This document shows, piece by piece, positions 23,501 to 34,883 of a stretch of DNA of 64,000 bases. Both the position numbers and the translations under genes were made by a program. Under the pieces are notes generated by a model. That model worked only from the letters and a program-made list of their open reading frames with translations, was not told the origin of the DNA and ran no database searches. Positions within the stretch are counted from its first letter, which is position 1, and every line of letters begins with the position of its first letter. Location: NCBI RefSeq assembly GCF_011745625.1, contig NW_027191505.1:1-64000 (forward strand), in the 5' to 3' direction. Source of the stretch: Cladosporium halotolerans (Eukaryota).

Positions 23501-24779
23501 TGGCTTCAGCATGGTTTCGTGGCGCTTGGTAATGGACAAGAGCGGTTCCCAGAACGCTGTTCAATGCGTCTTTGGTGTTTTGGAGGCTCAAATTGAGCCT
23601 TGAAGACTCCACTGACAGAATCTCGAGCCCGGAACGCGAGGTCTCTACCACCGTCTGGTGCTCCTCGAGGTGCAGGAAGTAGTCACAGGCCAACCGGTAG
23701 GCGAACGGTGAGTGATCCGCTTTCGAAACGCCCTCGGTCATCATAGCCAAGCGATCTTCTGCGTTGAGAGTCTCTTCAGGCTCGTCAGATTTTTCGCTCT
23801 CGTCCTTCTTCGGTGGCGGGAACGGACAGAGCTCGCTGCTCAACCAGGCTTTGAGAATACGGCCAAGCCCACTCTCCGGGAAGAAGCTGACATATTCTCG
23901 GAGAATGTTGGCATCCAGGTCCTGCAAGTTGTCGAAGTCTCGCGTCTCCAAGACTAAGTCCCAGGCCAATTGATGCGGGTGGTGAATAATCACCATACCC
24001 TCTGCAATGCCGAGCACCTGGTCCAGTTTGGCCGCTTTCTGCTCTGAAGGCAACACCAGAAGGACCTCGTGCGCCCGCGCGAGGAGCTTCTCCTCATACT
24101 CGCGGCGCACCTCATCCTCGTTAGTCCAGTTGATGATACTCTGGTAGAGCTCCTCGAGTTCGCTCTTTCCGTAGACTTCACGCTTCACTTCAGTCGTAAC
24201 CTGGCCCACCCGGGCTCCGATGCGAGTCCGGCGATTGCTGATTTCGGTCTTGATCCGCTGGGCCTCTTGCTCCTCGGTAATCTCGGCGAGCCGCGTGAAG
24301 CCCAGCGAAGGATGCGGGAGCCGGCCTTCGAGGAAGTCGTATACTGGGCTCCCAGGGAGGGTCACACGGAGCGCTCGCTTGTGCTGCTCAGCTGTCCCCT
24401 GCTGCTTCGCGAAGCCCACGACTTTGTCGATAATGGTCTGGCAGCGATGCGCATCTTCGGCGGCAACATGGATCTCTCCCACGCGGACTGCGGCGTCGAT
24501 ATACTCATCGACTTTCTTCACCCCTTGCGCTTCAAACACGCTGCACAGCCCAAGCCATGCCTGCGCTTCGTCGGGCTTGGAGTCAGCGGCTTTGCGATAT
24601 GTTTCGGCCGCGTTGTCAAATTGGCCTTGCTTCTCGAAGGCTCGGCCGAGAAACAGGCGCGCGGTGTAGTTTTGCGAGTCTGAGGCGAGGACTACCTGCG
24701 CTTGCGTGACGACTGTCTCGTAGTCCTCAGCGTCGAGCGCGGTCTTTGCCGCTTTCAACGCGGCTTTGTTCGTGGACAT
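20598..24779 (-). CDS. SKI3: Superkiller protein 3 (TPR scaffold of the SKI complex)
   Basis: 1393-aa TPR-rich protein: KAALKAAK, RARQCYQKAFEL, LGESYHNSGRY, FWNALGVVT..AQHSFVRSL, WTNLGVLY..AFGRAQSTDP. Confidence 0.92.
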   Translation of the reverse strand: MSTNKAALKAAKTALDAEDYETVVTQAQVVLASDSQNYTARLFLGRAFEKQGQFDNAAETYRKAADSKPDEAQAWLGLCSVFEAQGVKKVDEYIDAAVRVGEIHVAAEDAHRCQTIIDKVVGFAKQQGTAEQHKRALRVTLPGSPVYDFLEGRLPHPSLGFTRLAEITEEQEAQRIKTEISNRRTRIGARVGQVTTEVKREVYGKSELEELYQSIINWTNEDEVRREYEEKLLARAHEVLLVLPSEQKAAKLDQVLGIAEGMVIIHHPHQLAWDLVLETRDFDNLQDLDANILREYVSFFPESGLGRILKAWLSSELCPFPPPKKDESEKSDEPEETLNAEDRLAMMTEGVSKADHSPFAYRLACDYFLHLEEHQTVVETSRSGLEILSVESSRLNLSLQNTKDALNSVLGTALVHYQAPRNHAEAKRLFEDILQRKPKSTPALIGLGLIFEEIENYNAAIDFLQQALSEDPGNVQVGTELAWCKALNGDNATARDELENYLPKWRTDDPRARDLRAQCLYRIGICMWNLDDSKIARKDRSGAYARFLSAIKTNVNFAPAYTSLGQYYEIYAKDKKRARQCYQKAFELSPAETDAAERLARSFANRGEWEIVEVISQRVIDSGRARPPPGSKRKGLSWPYSAIGVVQMNKQEYQQAIVSFLAALRISPDDYQSYVGLGESYHNSGRYNSASRTFNFALEPHDDGKMKITGETWFAKYMLANVHRELGEYQEAVDGLQAVLEERPSEFGVLVSLLQTFVERAWHCVETGLFGQAVDNCNEAIATAVIVAKDNPQAFNLWKSVGDASITFSWVLSGSDRFPLPELTTLLNGEGHDDALSQLAEVDGIRASSLTGDQSPESALPQPVVAGILAYKRAIYSSTHDIHAQAVAWYNLGWAEHRAFSLIDGKSGKKYLKAAVRSFKRAIEMEAGNAEFWNALGVVTTTLNPQVAQHSFVRSLHLNELNAKVWTNLGVLYTLQNDYELAHQAFGRAQSTDPDYAHAWVGEGLIALMLGDTKEALNHFTHAFEISDSASVISKRQYALSTFDHLLTSPDVSNDLSALIEPLFALEQLRAQAPQDLPYKHLSALFLERVGNFEDATALLTQLCASAEAEYETSESPSALARFAHAKADLARCHLAAQSFAAASEDATTALDLSADEETSGLTPEARQALRLSAHLTAGLAAHNLQRTTDAITMFRAALEESSHSPSVVCLLAQVLWAHGGTDEKAAAREQLFECFEANPSHAGVMTPLGAIAALDDDAETSGAVRDDLLALRTNAELQPAEQSQIDSLLLALASLSGEGEKDPLATAQSTALLHPSRSSAWSALASLSGDAHASAMALQTAQKSVPPAGSSSAQELAGAFAGAGSVADAQRAVVVAPWEAVGWGSLAEGVAV

Positions 24780-25247
24780 GCTCTAGTTCATTATTCGTGA
24801 ATACGTTCCTGGTGTAGTCTCGACCTCTACGAGCCGACGTTCATTAGTAAATCAATGCAGCTTTGAGCTGCAAAAGCCTAGTGTTGCACGTTTCCTCATG
24901 ACGTTTGCTATGCGAATTCCGTGTCGCCGCACAGACCAGCGTACTGAAGAACGACCGACTGTTGAAGGGAAGGCAGATGATCAGAAAAGCCCTGTGAATA
25001 CAATTGAGTGACTACACAATGAGCCGCATTCAAGCGACAACTTTGGGTATTGTATTGAAGACCACGTCAAAAGGAAATACGAAAGTGACTAGCAGCAATG
25101 GCATTACGCCGAAAAGACTTCTCCGTCGTGGGATCGTGATATCCCAGCCTTTCCTTTCCTGAACCCATATACACAACAACGCCTCATTAACCATGTTGAC
25201 CATCATGCGCACCGTACCAGTCCAGAATCACCCGCAAAAAGACATCC

Positions 25248-28200
25248 TTAACGTGCGGTGATGTAGTCCTTGTTCTCGACTGTTACACTCTTCGTCTACC
25301 AGATTGTCAGAGGACGGAGCTGAATGGACGTTGGACTAGAGAGAATCCTTACCATGTGATTGACTTTGTAAACGCCAACAAGACGTGACGCAAGCTCGAA
25401 CATGTTGTTGCGCAGCGAAATGACAATGAACTGAGCGTTCTTGGTGCGCTCCTTGATGTACGCCGCGACAATCGAAACCTGTTGAAGCAACGTGTCAGCA
25501 ATGTTCACTATTCGTCTTTGAGCTTGATTCATGGCTCAACTTACATTCTTGAAGTCCAGCGCAGCATCGATCTCGTCCATCACGTAAAGCGGCGTCGGCT
25601 TGTAGTGATGAAGCGCAAATACCAGCGCCAGCGAGCTCAGCGTCTTCTCGCCACCAGACAGGTTGCTGATGTTCTTCCAGCTCTTCTTGGGAGGCATCAC
25701 GCTGAAGAGGATGCCTTCGGCGAAAGGATCGAGCGAGTCGACGAGCTCCAGCTCCGCATTACCACCCATTGTAATCATCTGGTACATTTCTTTCAGACGC
25801 ATGGAGATGAGCGAGAAGCCTTCCATGAAGCCTTCCAGACGCAGCCGGCGCAGATCATCGGTGCGCTTCTTGGCCGTGTCACGAGCGGTGAGAGCTGTGT
25901 TAAGGTCTTCGAGGCGGCTGGCATGCTCTTCCACGCGGCGGCGATACTCGGCTAGTACGGTGAGTTCCACATGAGAGCTGGTGCGCTCTTCCAGACTGGC
26001 GATGGCAGCTTTGAGGGACTCTTTGTCGAGGTCCTCAAGCTCGTCACGGGAGAGCTGAGGCATGGGTTCGGGCTCGTGCTCTTCGCCTTCCTCGCTGACG
26101 TTTTGGAGAGAAAGCTTCGAGTGCTTCTCCTCCCAGTACTTAAGGCGCTTCTGATTGTCGACAAGAATCTTTTGGTTCTCCTCAAGCTTGTTCCGCATCT
26201 CAACCTCAGCGCCGCGGGTCTCATTCAGCTCGGCAATCTGCTCGTCAAGCTGGGCCTTAAGCGCCTGCAGTTCCTCTTTCCGGTCCTCGAGCGCTTGCTG
26301 CGCCTGCTCAGCCTGACGGCGGAACTCGGATGTATCCCTGCTCTGCGTGTTGACATCGCTCTCGACCTGCTCGAGATCGGCGGAGATCTTCTCGAGCTCT
26401 GCACTCGCGTCGGCGTTAGCCTTCTCGTGCTTCTTGCCCTGCTTCTCAGCCTTCGACTTGGCGACTTCGGCGGCACTGAGACCTTCGTTACGGGTGTCGA
26501 TTTCCTCTTTGATGCCGTCGACCTTGGTCTTCTGGCTGCGGAGCTTGATGCCGCCGACTTCCATGATCTTGTTCTGCAGCTCTTGGATTTCTTCCTCAAT
26601 ACTGGCAGATTGGGACTGCAGCTTCTCGACCTCCTTCTGCATCGAGGCAATGCTTTTCTCGAGGGCTGTGATCTGCTGCTTGTCGGCTTTCGATGGCTGT
26701 TGCTCAGCAGCGATCTCCTGGATACGCTTCTGAGAGTCGGCAATGTTGCGCTCGATGCTGTCCAACTCGAGACCAAGTTTCTGGGCCTTGGTGTCCAGAC
26801 GAGGAATCTGATTTTGCAAGTCCTGCAGTTGTCCCTGAAGTTCTCTGTACGAGTCTTGCAGCTCGGAATACTCCTTCTCAACGGCGTCGCGGTCGACCTC
26901 CAGCTTCGCGACCTGGTCCCTTGATACATCGGCACTCAGCTTGGAAGACATGCCGCCCTTAGCGACTCTGGTGCCACCACCACTCATGGTACCGGACTTG
27001 TCGATCAGCTGGCCATCGAGGGTCACGACTCTCCAGCGCTTCGCGCCGTAGGCAATGCGGTTCGCTTGCTCCAGATCCTTTGCGACCAGAGTATTCTGCA
27101 TTACGCTGTAGAAGGCGGGGAGGAAGCGGTCGTGCTTGCTCTTGACAAGGTCGAAAAGTCGAGGAACGTTCTCGGGAGTCTGGATCTGCGAGAGGTCTCG
27201 TTGCGGTAGGCGATCCAGCAAAATGAAGTTCGCTCGGCCGAGGTTGTTTTTGCGCAAATATTCGATGCACTGCTGACCGACCTCAACGGTGTCTACGACG
27301 AGGTTGTCGAGTGATGGGCACGCCGTAGAGATGGCAACGTCGAATCGCTGGTCGATTGCTCCGAGGTTTCCGAGACGCCCGTGAAAACCATCAATACGGC
27401 CTGACTCCTTCAGCCTCGTTAGGCCAGCGAGAACGTTGCCCTGGCTTTGCGTGGCGGACAAGCTCGCGCGGGCTTCATCAGCCTTCTGTCGGGCACCAGA
27501 GATTTTCGACTTCAGCGTAGGCTCCTGGGCAGCAAATTGATCGACTTGCTTCTGCAGGCGCTGAAGCTCCTTGTCGGCACTCTTGCGCTGAGTCTTGCAT
27601 TCGTCGATCTCGGCAGTCTTCGCATCCTGTTGCTGCTTCAAAGTAGTGATCTTGGCTTCAGTCTCAGCGATGGCAGTTGCGCCAGCGCTTTCCCTCTCGT
27701 GCAAAATATCAAGCTCACTCTGAGCCACAGCCATCGAGGACTGCTTTTCGTTGATCTTTGCGTTCCAGGGTTCCAGTTGTTGCTGTTTTGCGGCAATCTG
27801 ATCGCTGAGACCTTGCGTCTTGCCCTTAAGGCTCTCTCTGATCCTCGCAAGTTCTTCGTCCTCGGCCTGCCTTTCCTGCTCGAGCTCTTCGATCTCAGCG
27901 CTGATACGTGCAACGTCGTCTTCGGCGTTCTTCGCTTGGGTGGCGGAGTCCTGGATCCCAAGCTTCGAGCTTTCAAAGGCCTTCTCAAGCTTCTTCGCCT
28001 TGTTGGTGAGGAATTTCTTCTTCTCGTCGATCTTGACAGTTTCCTTGTCGAGCTGCGCCATCTCTTTCAGTATACCTTGAGTGCCCTTCTCGAGCTTCTC
28101 ATACTCCTTGTTGCCGGCCTTGTACTGCCTCTCGAGGTCTTTGATCTCCTCTTCGCTACCCTGGTGTCTTTGAAGCTCTTCGTTCAATTGCTCGTGGATC

Positions 28201-29738
28201 TGCGCAATGGCTTCGTCGGTCACTTGCAAGTTATCGCTGCACTCCGCGACGTAGATCTGGTAGAGCGCAGATTGCTTGCTTGCGAGTTCGTTCTCGTCCC
28301 GGATATACGCGATCGCCTTGTTCTTCTTTTCCTCAAGGTTGTTCCGTTCTTTCTCGACGTGCTGGACGCGCGTGCTCTTCTCAAGGCAGACTTCGTTAAG
28401 CTGCTCAGTCTCTGCGGCGGCTTCGTCGATGGGTGTCTTGTATTTGGAGGTGCCAATGATGTCTTCCAGGTATTCCAGCAGGCCATCGTCGTGCTCGTTC
28501 GCAGCCTTCGGCTTCATTTGCGCGATCGATTCGACTTCACCCTGTAGGATCAGGAAACGCTTGTGGTCCAGGTCGACGCCCTTGCCTTTGAGCAGAGTAG
28601 TGACTGTCGTGAAGTCCGAGGTCTTGCCGTTAATGTAGTATTTGCTTGTATTGTTCTTGAACACTCTGCGGGAAATCACGAGCTGGGATTCCGGGACAAC
28701 CGTAGAGCCACCGGCCGGCTGATCCATGACCTCTTGAAAGTGCACTTCCACTTCGCAGTACTCAAGATTCGGGAATTGCGCGCTGTTGTGAATGAGCGCA
28801 GAAATTTTGCCCTGACGCATTTTGCTTGCTCGGAAACCAAAGACGAAGAGCAAGGAATCAATCACGTTGGACTTTCCGGATCCGTTTGGTCCTACGACAG
28901 ACGAGAACGAGGAGTGGAACGGGCCGACCACCTGCTTTCCCGCATATGATTTGAAGTTCGTCAAGGTCAGGTAGGTGATAGTCATGCGCGACTTGGGCTC
29001 GATAGGCTCCTGCGATTGCGGAACTCCCAGCGCTCTTGTTCGCACCACAATGTCCATGGGCTTCTCGAGGTGTGTGATTTGAGCATCCACCTTCTTGACC
29101 TCCGCTCGGCTTTCAGGCTTTGGTGTGGCTGCCGTGACAGTTGCTTCCGTCTGGTCTTCCAAGGCTGTCGCATTTTCTTCCTCGGTCGGTGTATGGCGCG
29201 AAGCGGGTCTGGGTGTTTGCTCGTTGATCGCATTCTCTGTGATGTCGTGCAAAGGTGTGCCGTGCCTCGAAGCAGGTTCTGGCGACTCTGAGGGTTGTGG
29301 TGTCGGCAACAGGCTTTGACGCGATGGTTGCAGATCTGGAGTGTCCGGCGCTATTGACATGCCCGACATCCTGCTCTTGCGCGCGGCTCTGGCATCTTTC
29401 ACCGATCGTCTTTTGGGTGCGGCTTTCTTCGTAGGTGACAATGGCTCTCCGGCAACACTCTCAGGCGGACTGAAGATCTGCGACGGCTCTACCGATTCGC
29501 TCGCTCTGGATCTTCTGGCAGTGCTTGCCCTCGGTGTCGCGGTAGTGCTTGCTGCTGTCATCCGGCGCGGCGATGCGCGAGTGCTCTTTGGGGCGGGTGT
29601 ATAGTCCTCCTCTTCGCTTTCGTCTTGTTTGCGACTCACGACACTGTTTTCGATGTCTGAGCTGCCATCCTCGTCCACCACGACCTTTCTCCGAGCCGCA
29701 GCGCGGCGGGAAGGTCTTTCCGGTGACGCTGCAGACAT
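25248..29738 (-). CDS. SMC4: Condensin subunit SMC4/Cut3; introns 25479-25544 and 25296-25352
   Basis: NFKSYAG..VVGPNGSGKSNVIDSLLFVFGFRASKMRQ, hinge GFHGRLGNLG, LSGGEKTLSSLALVFALHHYKPTPLYVMDEIDAALD. Terminal exons VSIVAAYIKERTKNAQF.. and TKSVTVENKDYITAR*. Confidence 0.97.
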
Positions 29739-30827
29739 TGCGACCGTGAATCTGCGCGTGTGCTGCGGTATGGGTTAGTGAGGGATGTCGTCGTACGCAG
29801 GTCGCATTGTTTGCAATACCACTACCACTCCCACGCCCAAGCGCTTTCCGCTGTCTGTGTTTACTCGGATCAACACGCTAACCTAAAACGCGCGGGGGGG
29901 TCTCTGAAGCCAGGCAAGCTTAATTGATGATGCCTTATTGCCTGACTTCAGCGGCAAGACTCCCGCACGTTCGCCGCAGCTGCCCTTGCCCTGACTACAT
30001 CACGAATCCCAGCCGACAAGGCTGCCGGGATCATTGATCGTGCCGCTTGCCGAAGTCATGGCCTTCTTTCCAGCCAAAGCTTAAACACACTTCATCTCCC
30101 AAACCACACAACGTTGGCCCTGCCAAGCGGTGTAACGCCGACTCGCCACTCGCGATGCCGGCTACATGATCACCTTCCAGACATCGCCGTCTGGCGTTAT
30201 TGCGGCTCCCAACCTCATGAAAGGCTTACCATGTCACCAAACAGTCACGAAAACGGTTGCACGGTCACGATGCGGTCTGGCAAGCGTGCATGGCGGTCGC
30301 TGACTTAAGCGCACTAAGGGTGCTAGTCGGAAGATCCGGTAGCCCGCGGAAGTGATTTCATACCCAAGAATTTTGTGAGCTCCGAGGCCGACTCGGGCCC
30401 AAGCCAACGAGCGCGCGCGACTCACGATCATCGTCAGGTCACCGTCGCTGGGCATTATTAACGATCGGGCGAAGGCCGGTCCTAGGTAGGTGGGTGTTGG
30501 GTGTGACCAACGGGTTCATCGGCAACGGCGATGGCCCATGTCCTCCTCGGTTGCTGCTTTTCAAATACCCTTCGCGCCTCTTCTGGTCCTTCCGGTGTTT
30601 CTCATTGCTTTTCGAGCGTTGTTTCTTGCGTGATAAAAATACCAATCGTCGCTAGACCGATCTTTTCAGCATTTCGGCGCGCATTCCGCATACCATCCCA
30701 ACTTCAAACCGGCTACAGAACTACAACTGGTTGTCGTTCCCCGATTCCACTTGCGATCGCATTCGTCAGGCAAAGCCAGCCTCAGTCGCGAGAATCTCCA
30801 GCCTTCGCCATCCGATCGACATTCACG

Positions 30828-31229
30828 ATGTCGACCTACAACCCGCCCTCTTTCCCCCGGCGATCCAAAATTCCCACCCTAGCCAGCGAAGTCCGCTATC
30901 AAGCACAACTCGCCTACTACCGCTACGAGATCAACACAGGACTTTACGTCATGTCTCCCGGCGAGAAACTGGCTTTCAACCTCGTCGTCCTGCTCGTCGC
31001 GACCCTCTTCTTCGCTGCCCTCCATTACTACCTTCCGTACTCTCCCACCGGTCCCTTGCGCTCGCTTGCGCGCCACCTTGTCGGCACCGTCAGCGCGACT
31101 GGCGTCCAGAAAGTGGATGTCTACGATGCGAACGTGCTCCATGCTCGTGCAGCAGGCGATGCGGTCGCGAGTCTCACGCAGGGCGGTTATGGGGCAAACT
31201 CCAGCATGGTACTCGTGGCGGGATTCTGA
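30828..31229 (+). CDS. Serine palmitoyltransferase small subunit-like (ssSPT/DUF3317) membrane protein
   Basis: YYRYEINTGLYVMSPGEKLAFN followed by a hydrophobic helix, matching the ssSPT YxYExxxxLYxxxPxEK pattern. Confidence 0.75.
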   Translation: MSTYNPPSFPRRSKIPTLASEVRYQAQLAYYRYEINTGLYVMSPGEKLAFNLVVLLVATLFFAALHYYLPYSPTGPLRSLARHLVGTVSATGVQKVDVYDANVLHARAAGDAVASLTQGGYGANSSMVLVAGF

Positions 31230-31963
31230 GAGCGCGTAGAGTGGGAGTGGGAAATGGGACTGTGCGCAGCACATCGCGTCGCGACTGGTTCGAAGTCATT
31301 TTTGCGCGACTCGCCTGGCGCACAACTTCAGCGCTGCGAGTGGCATTGAAGCAGGACTGGGATCATGAACATAGAGAGGGGAGGAGGGAGCACGAACAAC
31401 AGTGATTCGAGGACGATAACGATCTAATGTCTATAGATACCACCTTTTTACTTTTCGCGGATATAGATTTGGGTAATAGAATTGCAATTGCATTTTCGAC
31501 TTTATCATTTTTCAGAACAACACATCATATTGTGTGTTATACGAGTGTTTTATTCCCTGCATTGCCGACAAGCGACAGCAGTTGGTGATCCATGAAGGAG
31601 CTCTGCCTCTCATCTCTCATAAATCAGATCTCAGACAGGAGGCAACTCAGGCGCATTACAAGTTGTCGACACTGAATGGAAGGTGGGGATAGCTCTGGAC
31701 ATGTTGGGTCAGATGTCGGCGCGGCACGTCCTACAAGCAACATCACCGGCACAGACAGCGTGACACGGACATCGTCAGCCTTTCAGAATCTTCCCTTTTT
31801 TCTACTATTGAAACATCTGTAGCTTTGCTACCAAAGAAGCAGGCGCATAACCCAGCGCTTTCGAGCACAGTACAGCCCACCAGAGTTTTCCTTCTTTCGC
31901 CTGGAACGCCATTGCCAATGCATCACAATCGTCCACTCCTAAACCAGCGAGGACGCAAGCAGC

Positions 31964-32639
31964 TTAGTATCCCCTGCCACGGCCCCTGGGAGTGCCACGG
32001 CCGCGACCGCCGAAGCCAGAGCCACCCCTGGAGCCACCACGGCCACCAAAGCCACCGCCGCCACGACCGCCGCCGAAGCCACCACGACCTCTGGGGGCAC
32101 CACGGCCCCTGGGCGCACCGCGACCGCGGCCGGCGGCGCCAGCACCTCTCGGCTTCTTCACCTTGGCCGCACCAGGCGGGGGCTTGGGCTTGGGCAGGAA
32201 CTTCTCGAGCGGGAGGAGCTTGTCGCCGCCAATGTAGACCTTGTCGCCAGCCTTGAAGCTGGTGGCGTGGATGCCGTCGCTGGGCTTGACGGTGAAGTAG
32301 ACCTGGTTCAGCGGGCCGAGGATCTCGTCGACCTTGCCGATCTGCGACTTGTTCTCCAAGAAGATCGGGGCGTTGAAGTACGGGATCTTAGGGTTGACGG
32401 AGGTGCAGACCATCTCGCCTTCGGTGGCGTGCATGAAGGTGCCCATCTCTGTGAGGCGCGGAGTGTTAGCCGATTTGTTCGGTGGTCTTTGCGGAGAGTC
32501 GCGATTGGAACTGTTGACTGCGCATACCCATTACGGTCGCAGGAGGACCGTAGGACTGGAATCCACCCCTTCCGCCACCACGTCCTCCACCGCCGCGGTC
32601 GCCTCTGAAACCTCCACGTCCTCCGCCACGGAACGACAT
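31964..32639 (-). CDS. GAR1: H/ACA snoRNP subunit GAR1; intron 32449-32527
   Basis: [11 protein letters not shown]-terminus, core [38 protein letters not shown]-rich C-terminus. Confidence 0.97.
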
Positions 32640-33235
32640 TTTTGCTGGTCTTTTCCGCGCTTTTGTAGTCGGGTGTCGGTGTTCGAAAGCTCAGTCGGAG
32701 AAGTACCGCCGAGCTGGTTGTTTGTTGGTAATTCGCTTCGCGCGATCGATCGGGATCGTTCGGAGCAGCGTCTCGATGCTGCGTCGGGGCTTGTGGTGGA
32801 TGCAGCGCGGCGCAATGCTACTTTCGAGCAGGTCGACGCCGAGCTGCAAAGTCGAAGCTGGAAAATTGAGAGGAGCTCGCGCGGAGACATGACTCGCGCT
32901 GCTTGGCGTGCGGAAGCGTTGCGCGCCCGCAGTCTTCACAACTTCAAGGCGGCGACGGTGATGAGGCGATTGACAGTAGCGACATTGCTGGATTTATTGT
33001 GAATTGAGCAGTCGTAGTTGACCTATATGCACCTGTGCATTTCAATGCTTGTGAGCTGTTCTGCCTCTCCTTCTAGTCGTCCCATCGTTCCCCTGACCAC
33101 CTCCACAGTAAGTATTTCGCCGCCTACTATCGTCAATCAATGCTCCTTGGACCAATACTCTTCCTGTTTCCCTACATACTTCAGTCCAGCTGCGCACACT
33201 TTCCTGGAAATTTACAACAGGCATTCGTGGCAAAC

Positions 33236-34360
33236 ATGACTAAAACCAAGCGGCCACAATCTTCTCCTCTGGATGCCTTCCAGAATCATTTCGCCTCCGC
33301 CAGCCGCTACGGTGAGCGCTGGCATGAGACGCTCTATCCGGCGTTGAAGGAAGGCACTCGCTACACCACCCTCTACAACCGCTATGCACCACAAGAAGAC
33401 TTCTACAAGGCCGTAGGCTCACCCGACACCCTCGAACGCCTGCGCTTCCCGTCAGCTCCAGACGACATCCAAGCCGACAACCTTCTCTGCTTCATCCACA
33501 AACAATCCACCGACCAAAGAGAGGCCCCCTTCCCACCTCCAGAGAAGTCTTCCAACGGCCTCTTGACCCATTGGAACTTCGACGCCGCCTCCGCCCTCGC
33601 AGTCCACCTTCTCCAGGTCCTCCCAGGCGACAATGTCCTCGACCTCTGTGCCGCGCCCGGCGGCAAATCTCTCTCCTTAGCGCAATCTATCTGGCCCTAT
33701 CTGCAACCCGACTCCCCGACTCCGCCCATGCCCGGCGCAAAGAAAGGAGACTTGCACTCCAACGAGATCGACCCGACCCGCAACCGCCGCCTCGCAGACA
33801 ACCTTTCGCAATACCTCCCCGCCAGCCTCGCTGCCACAGGACAGCAGAAAGTCCTGCGCCTCGACGGAACGAAGGGCGCGAAAGGGTTCCCCCTTGGTCC
33901 AGCGGGTTACGACAAGGTTCTCGTCGACGCGCCGTGCTCGAGCGAACGCCATATCATTCACGCGCAGGAGAAGGCGGGTTCGGGACGCACGGTCGAGGAA
34001 CTAGCGCGCTGGTCGCCGAGCTCTTCGAAGAGGATCGCGGAGACGCAGGTGCAGCTGCTCATGACTGCGCTGAGGGCTGTGAGGCTAGGTGGACGGGTGT
34101 TATATGCTACTTGCTCGATCTCGAGGGAGGAGAATGATGGGGTCGTGGAAAAGGCGATTTTACAGGCGGAGAAGGAGAGGAAGAAGGGCGGGATCGCTTG
34201 GGCGGTTGAGGTGGAGGGGTTAGGGGAGGAGATTGAGAGGGTGCTGGAGGATGGCTGGGCGGAGAGGACGGGGAAGGGGTGGATCGCGCTGCCGGATCAC
34301 AAGGGAAATGGGAAGTGGGGACCGTTGTACTTTTGCGTTTTGACGAAGACGAGGGCTTGA
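33236..34360 (+). CDS. RsmB/NOP2/Sun-family RNA m5C methyltransferase, NSUN3/NSUN4-like
   Basis: DAASAL..PGDNVLDLCAAPGGKS, YDKVLVDAPCSSER, GGRVLYATCS..ENDGVV, WGPLYFC. Both catalytic cysteines (PC and TC motifs) are present. Confidence 0.88.
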   Translation: MTKTKRPQSSPLDAFQNHFASASRYGERWHETLYPALKEGTRYTTLYNRYAPQEDFYKAVGSPDTLERLRFPSAPDDIQADNLLCFIHKQSTDQREAPFPPPEKSSNGLLTHWNFDAASALAVHLLQVLPGDNVLDLCAAPGGKSLSLAQSIWPYLQPDSPTPPMPGAKKGDLHSNEIDPTRNRRLADNLSQYLPASLAATGQQKVLRLDGTKGAKGFPLGPAGYDKVLVDAPCSSERHIIHAQEKAGSGRTVEELARWSPSSSKRIAETQVQLLMTALRAVRLGGRVLYATCSISREENDGVVEKAILQAEKERKKGGIAWAVEVEGLGEEIERVLEDGWAERTGKGWIALPDHKGNGKWGPLYFCVLTKTRA

Positions 34361-34883
34361 AATTTGGAGTTAAGCTACTTGGAGCAATGCTACTGCATGC
34401 GTGTCCGGCTAGGCCCGCCACTGCTTGTATATTGACGACTTCTGCATTGGGACAGAAGACTTGAGAATCGTTTAGAGTCGTGATCCGAACGATCTCTTCG
34501 AGAATGTGGAACTGAGTGTGGGCGTTGAGGAGGAGTTGCTGGGCGGATCTATATAATTCGACGAGCACCAAGTAGCACAGATTGGCTGATTCCTCGTCGG
34601 ATAGCGATTCGATGGCACTTGTTGGAAAGCAACCTTGAGAGATCGAGTCGAGATATCGCTTCATTGTCGTCGGATCTTCATCTCCAAGCCCGACGGTGCG
34701 GAACTCGCCCGGTTTCGTCGGCGGATGCTTCTTCAATGCTTCCAGGATGAATTCCGACTCGTCTGTGGCATGTTGCTCATATACGAGCATGCGCTTCTGC
34801 TCCGGCCCGACAAGTAGAATCACAGCTTTCTCAGGGTTGTAGTCGACGCCGTGATGATTCTTAGAAGTATTCTCCACATCCAT
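34107..34883 (-). pseudogene. Degenerate BTB/POZ-like paralogue with an apparent 3' frameshift
   Basis: Aligns by eye to 35531-36184 (VD.NP...ILLVGP, GEFRT..L.DED, LY.SA..L, VNI). Similarity stops near 34430, after which the frame runs as low-complexity sequence antisense into the methyltransferase. Confidence 0.6.

Noticed and set aside
29925..29946. TGATGA...CTGA as a C/D box snoRNA
   Set aside because: The boxes are only ~11 nt apart with no terminal stem or guide region.
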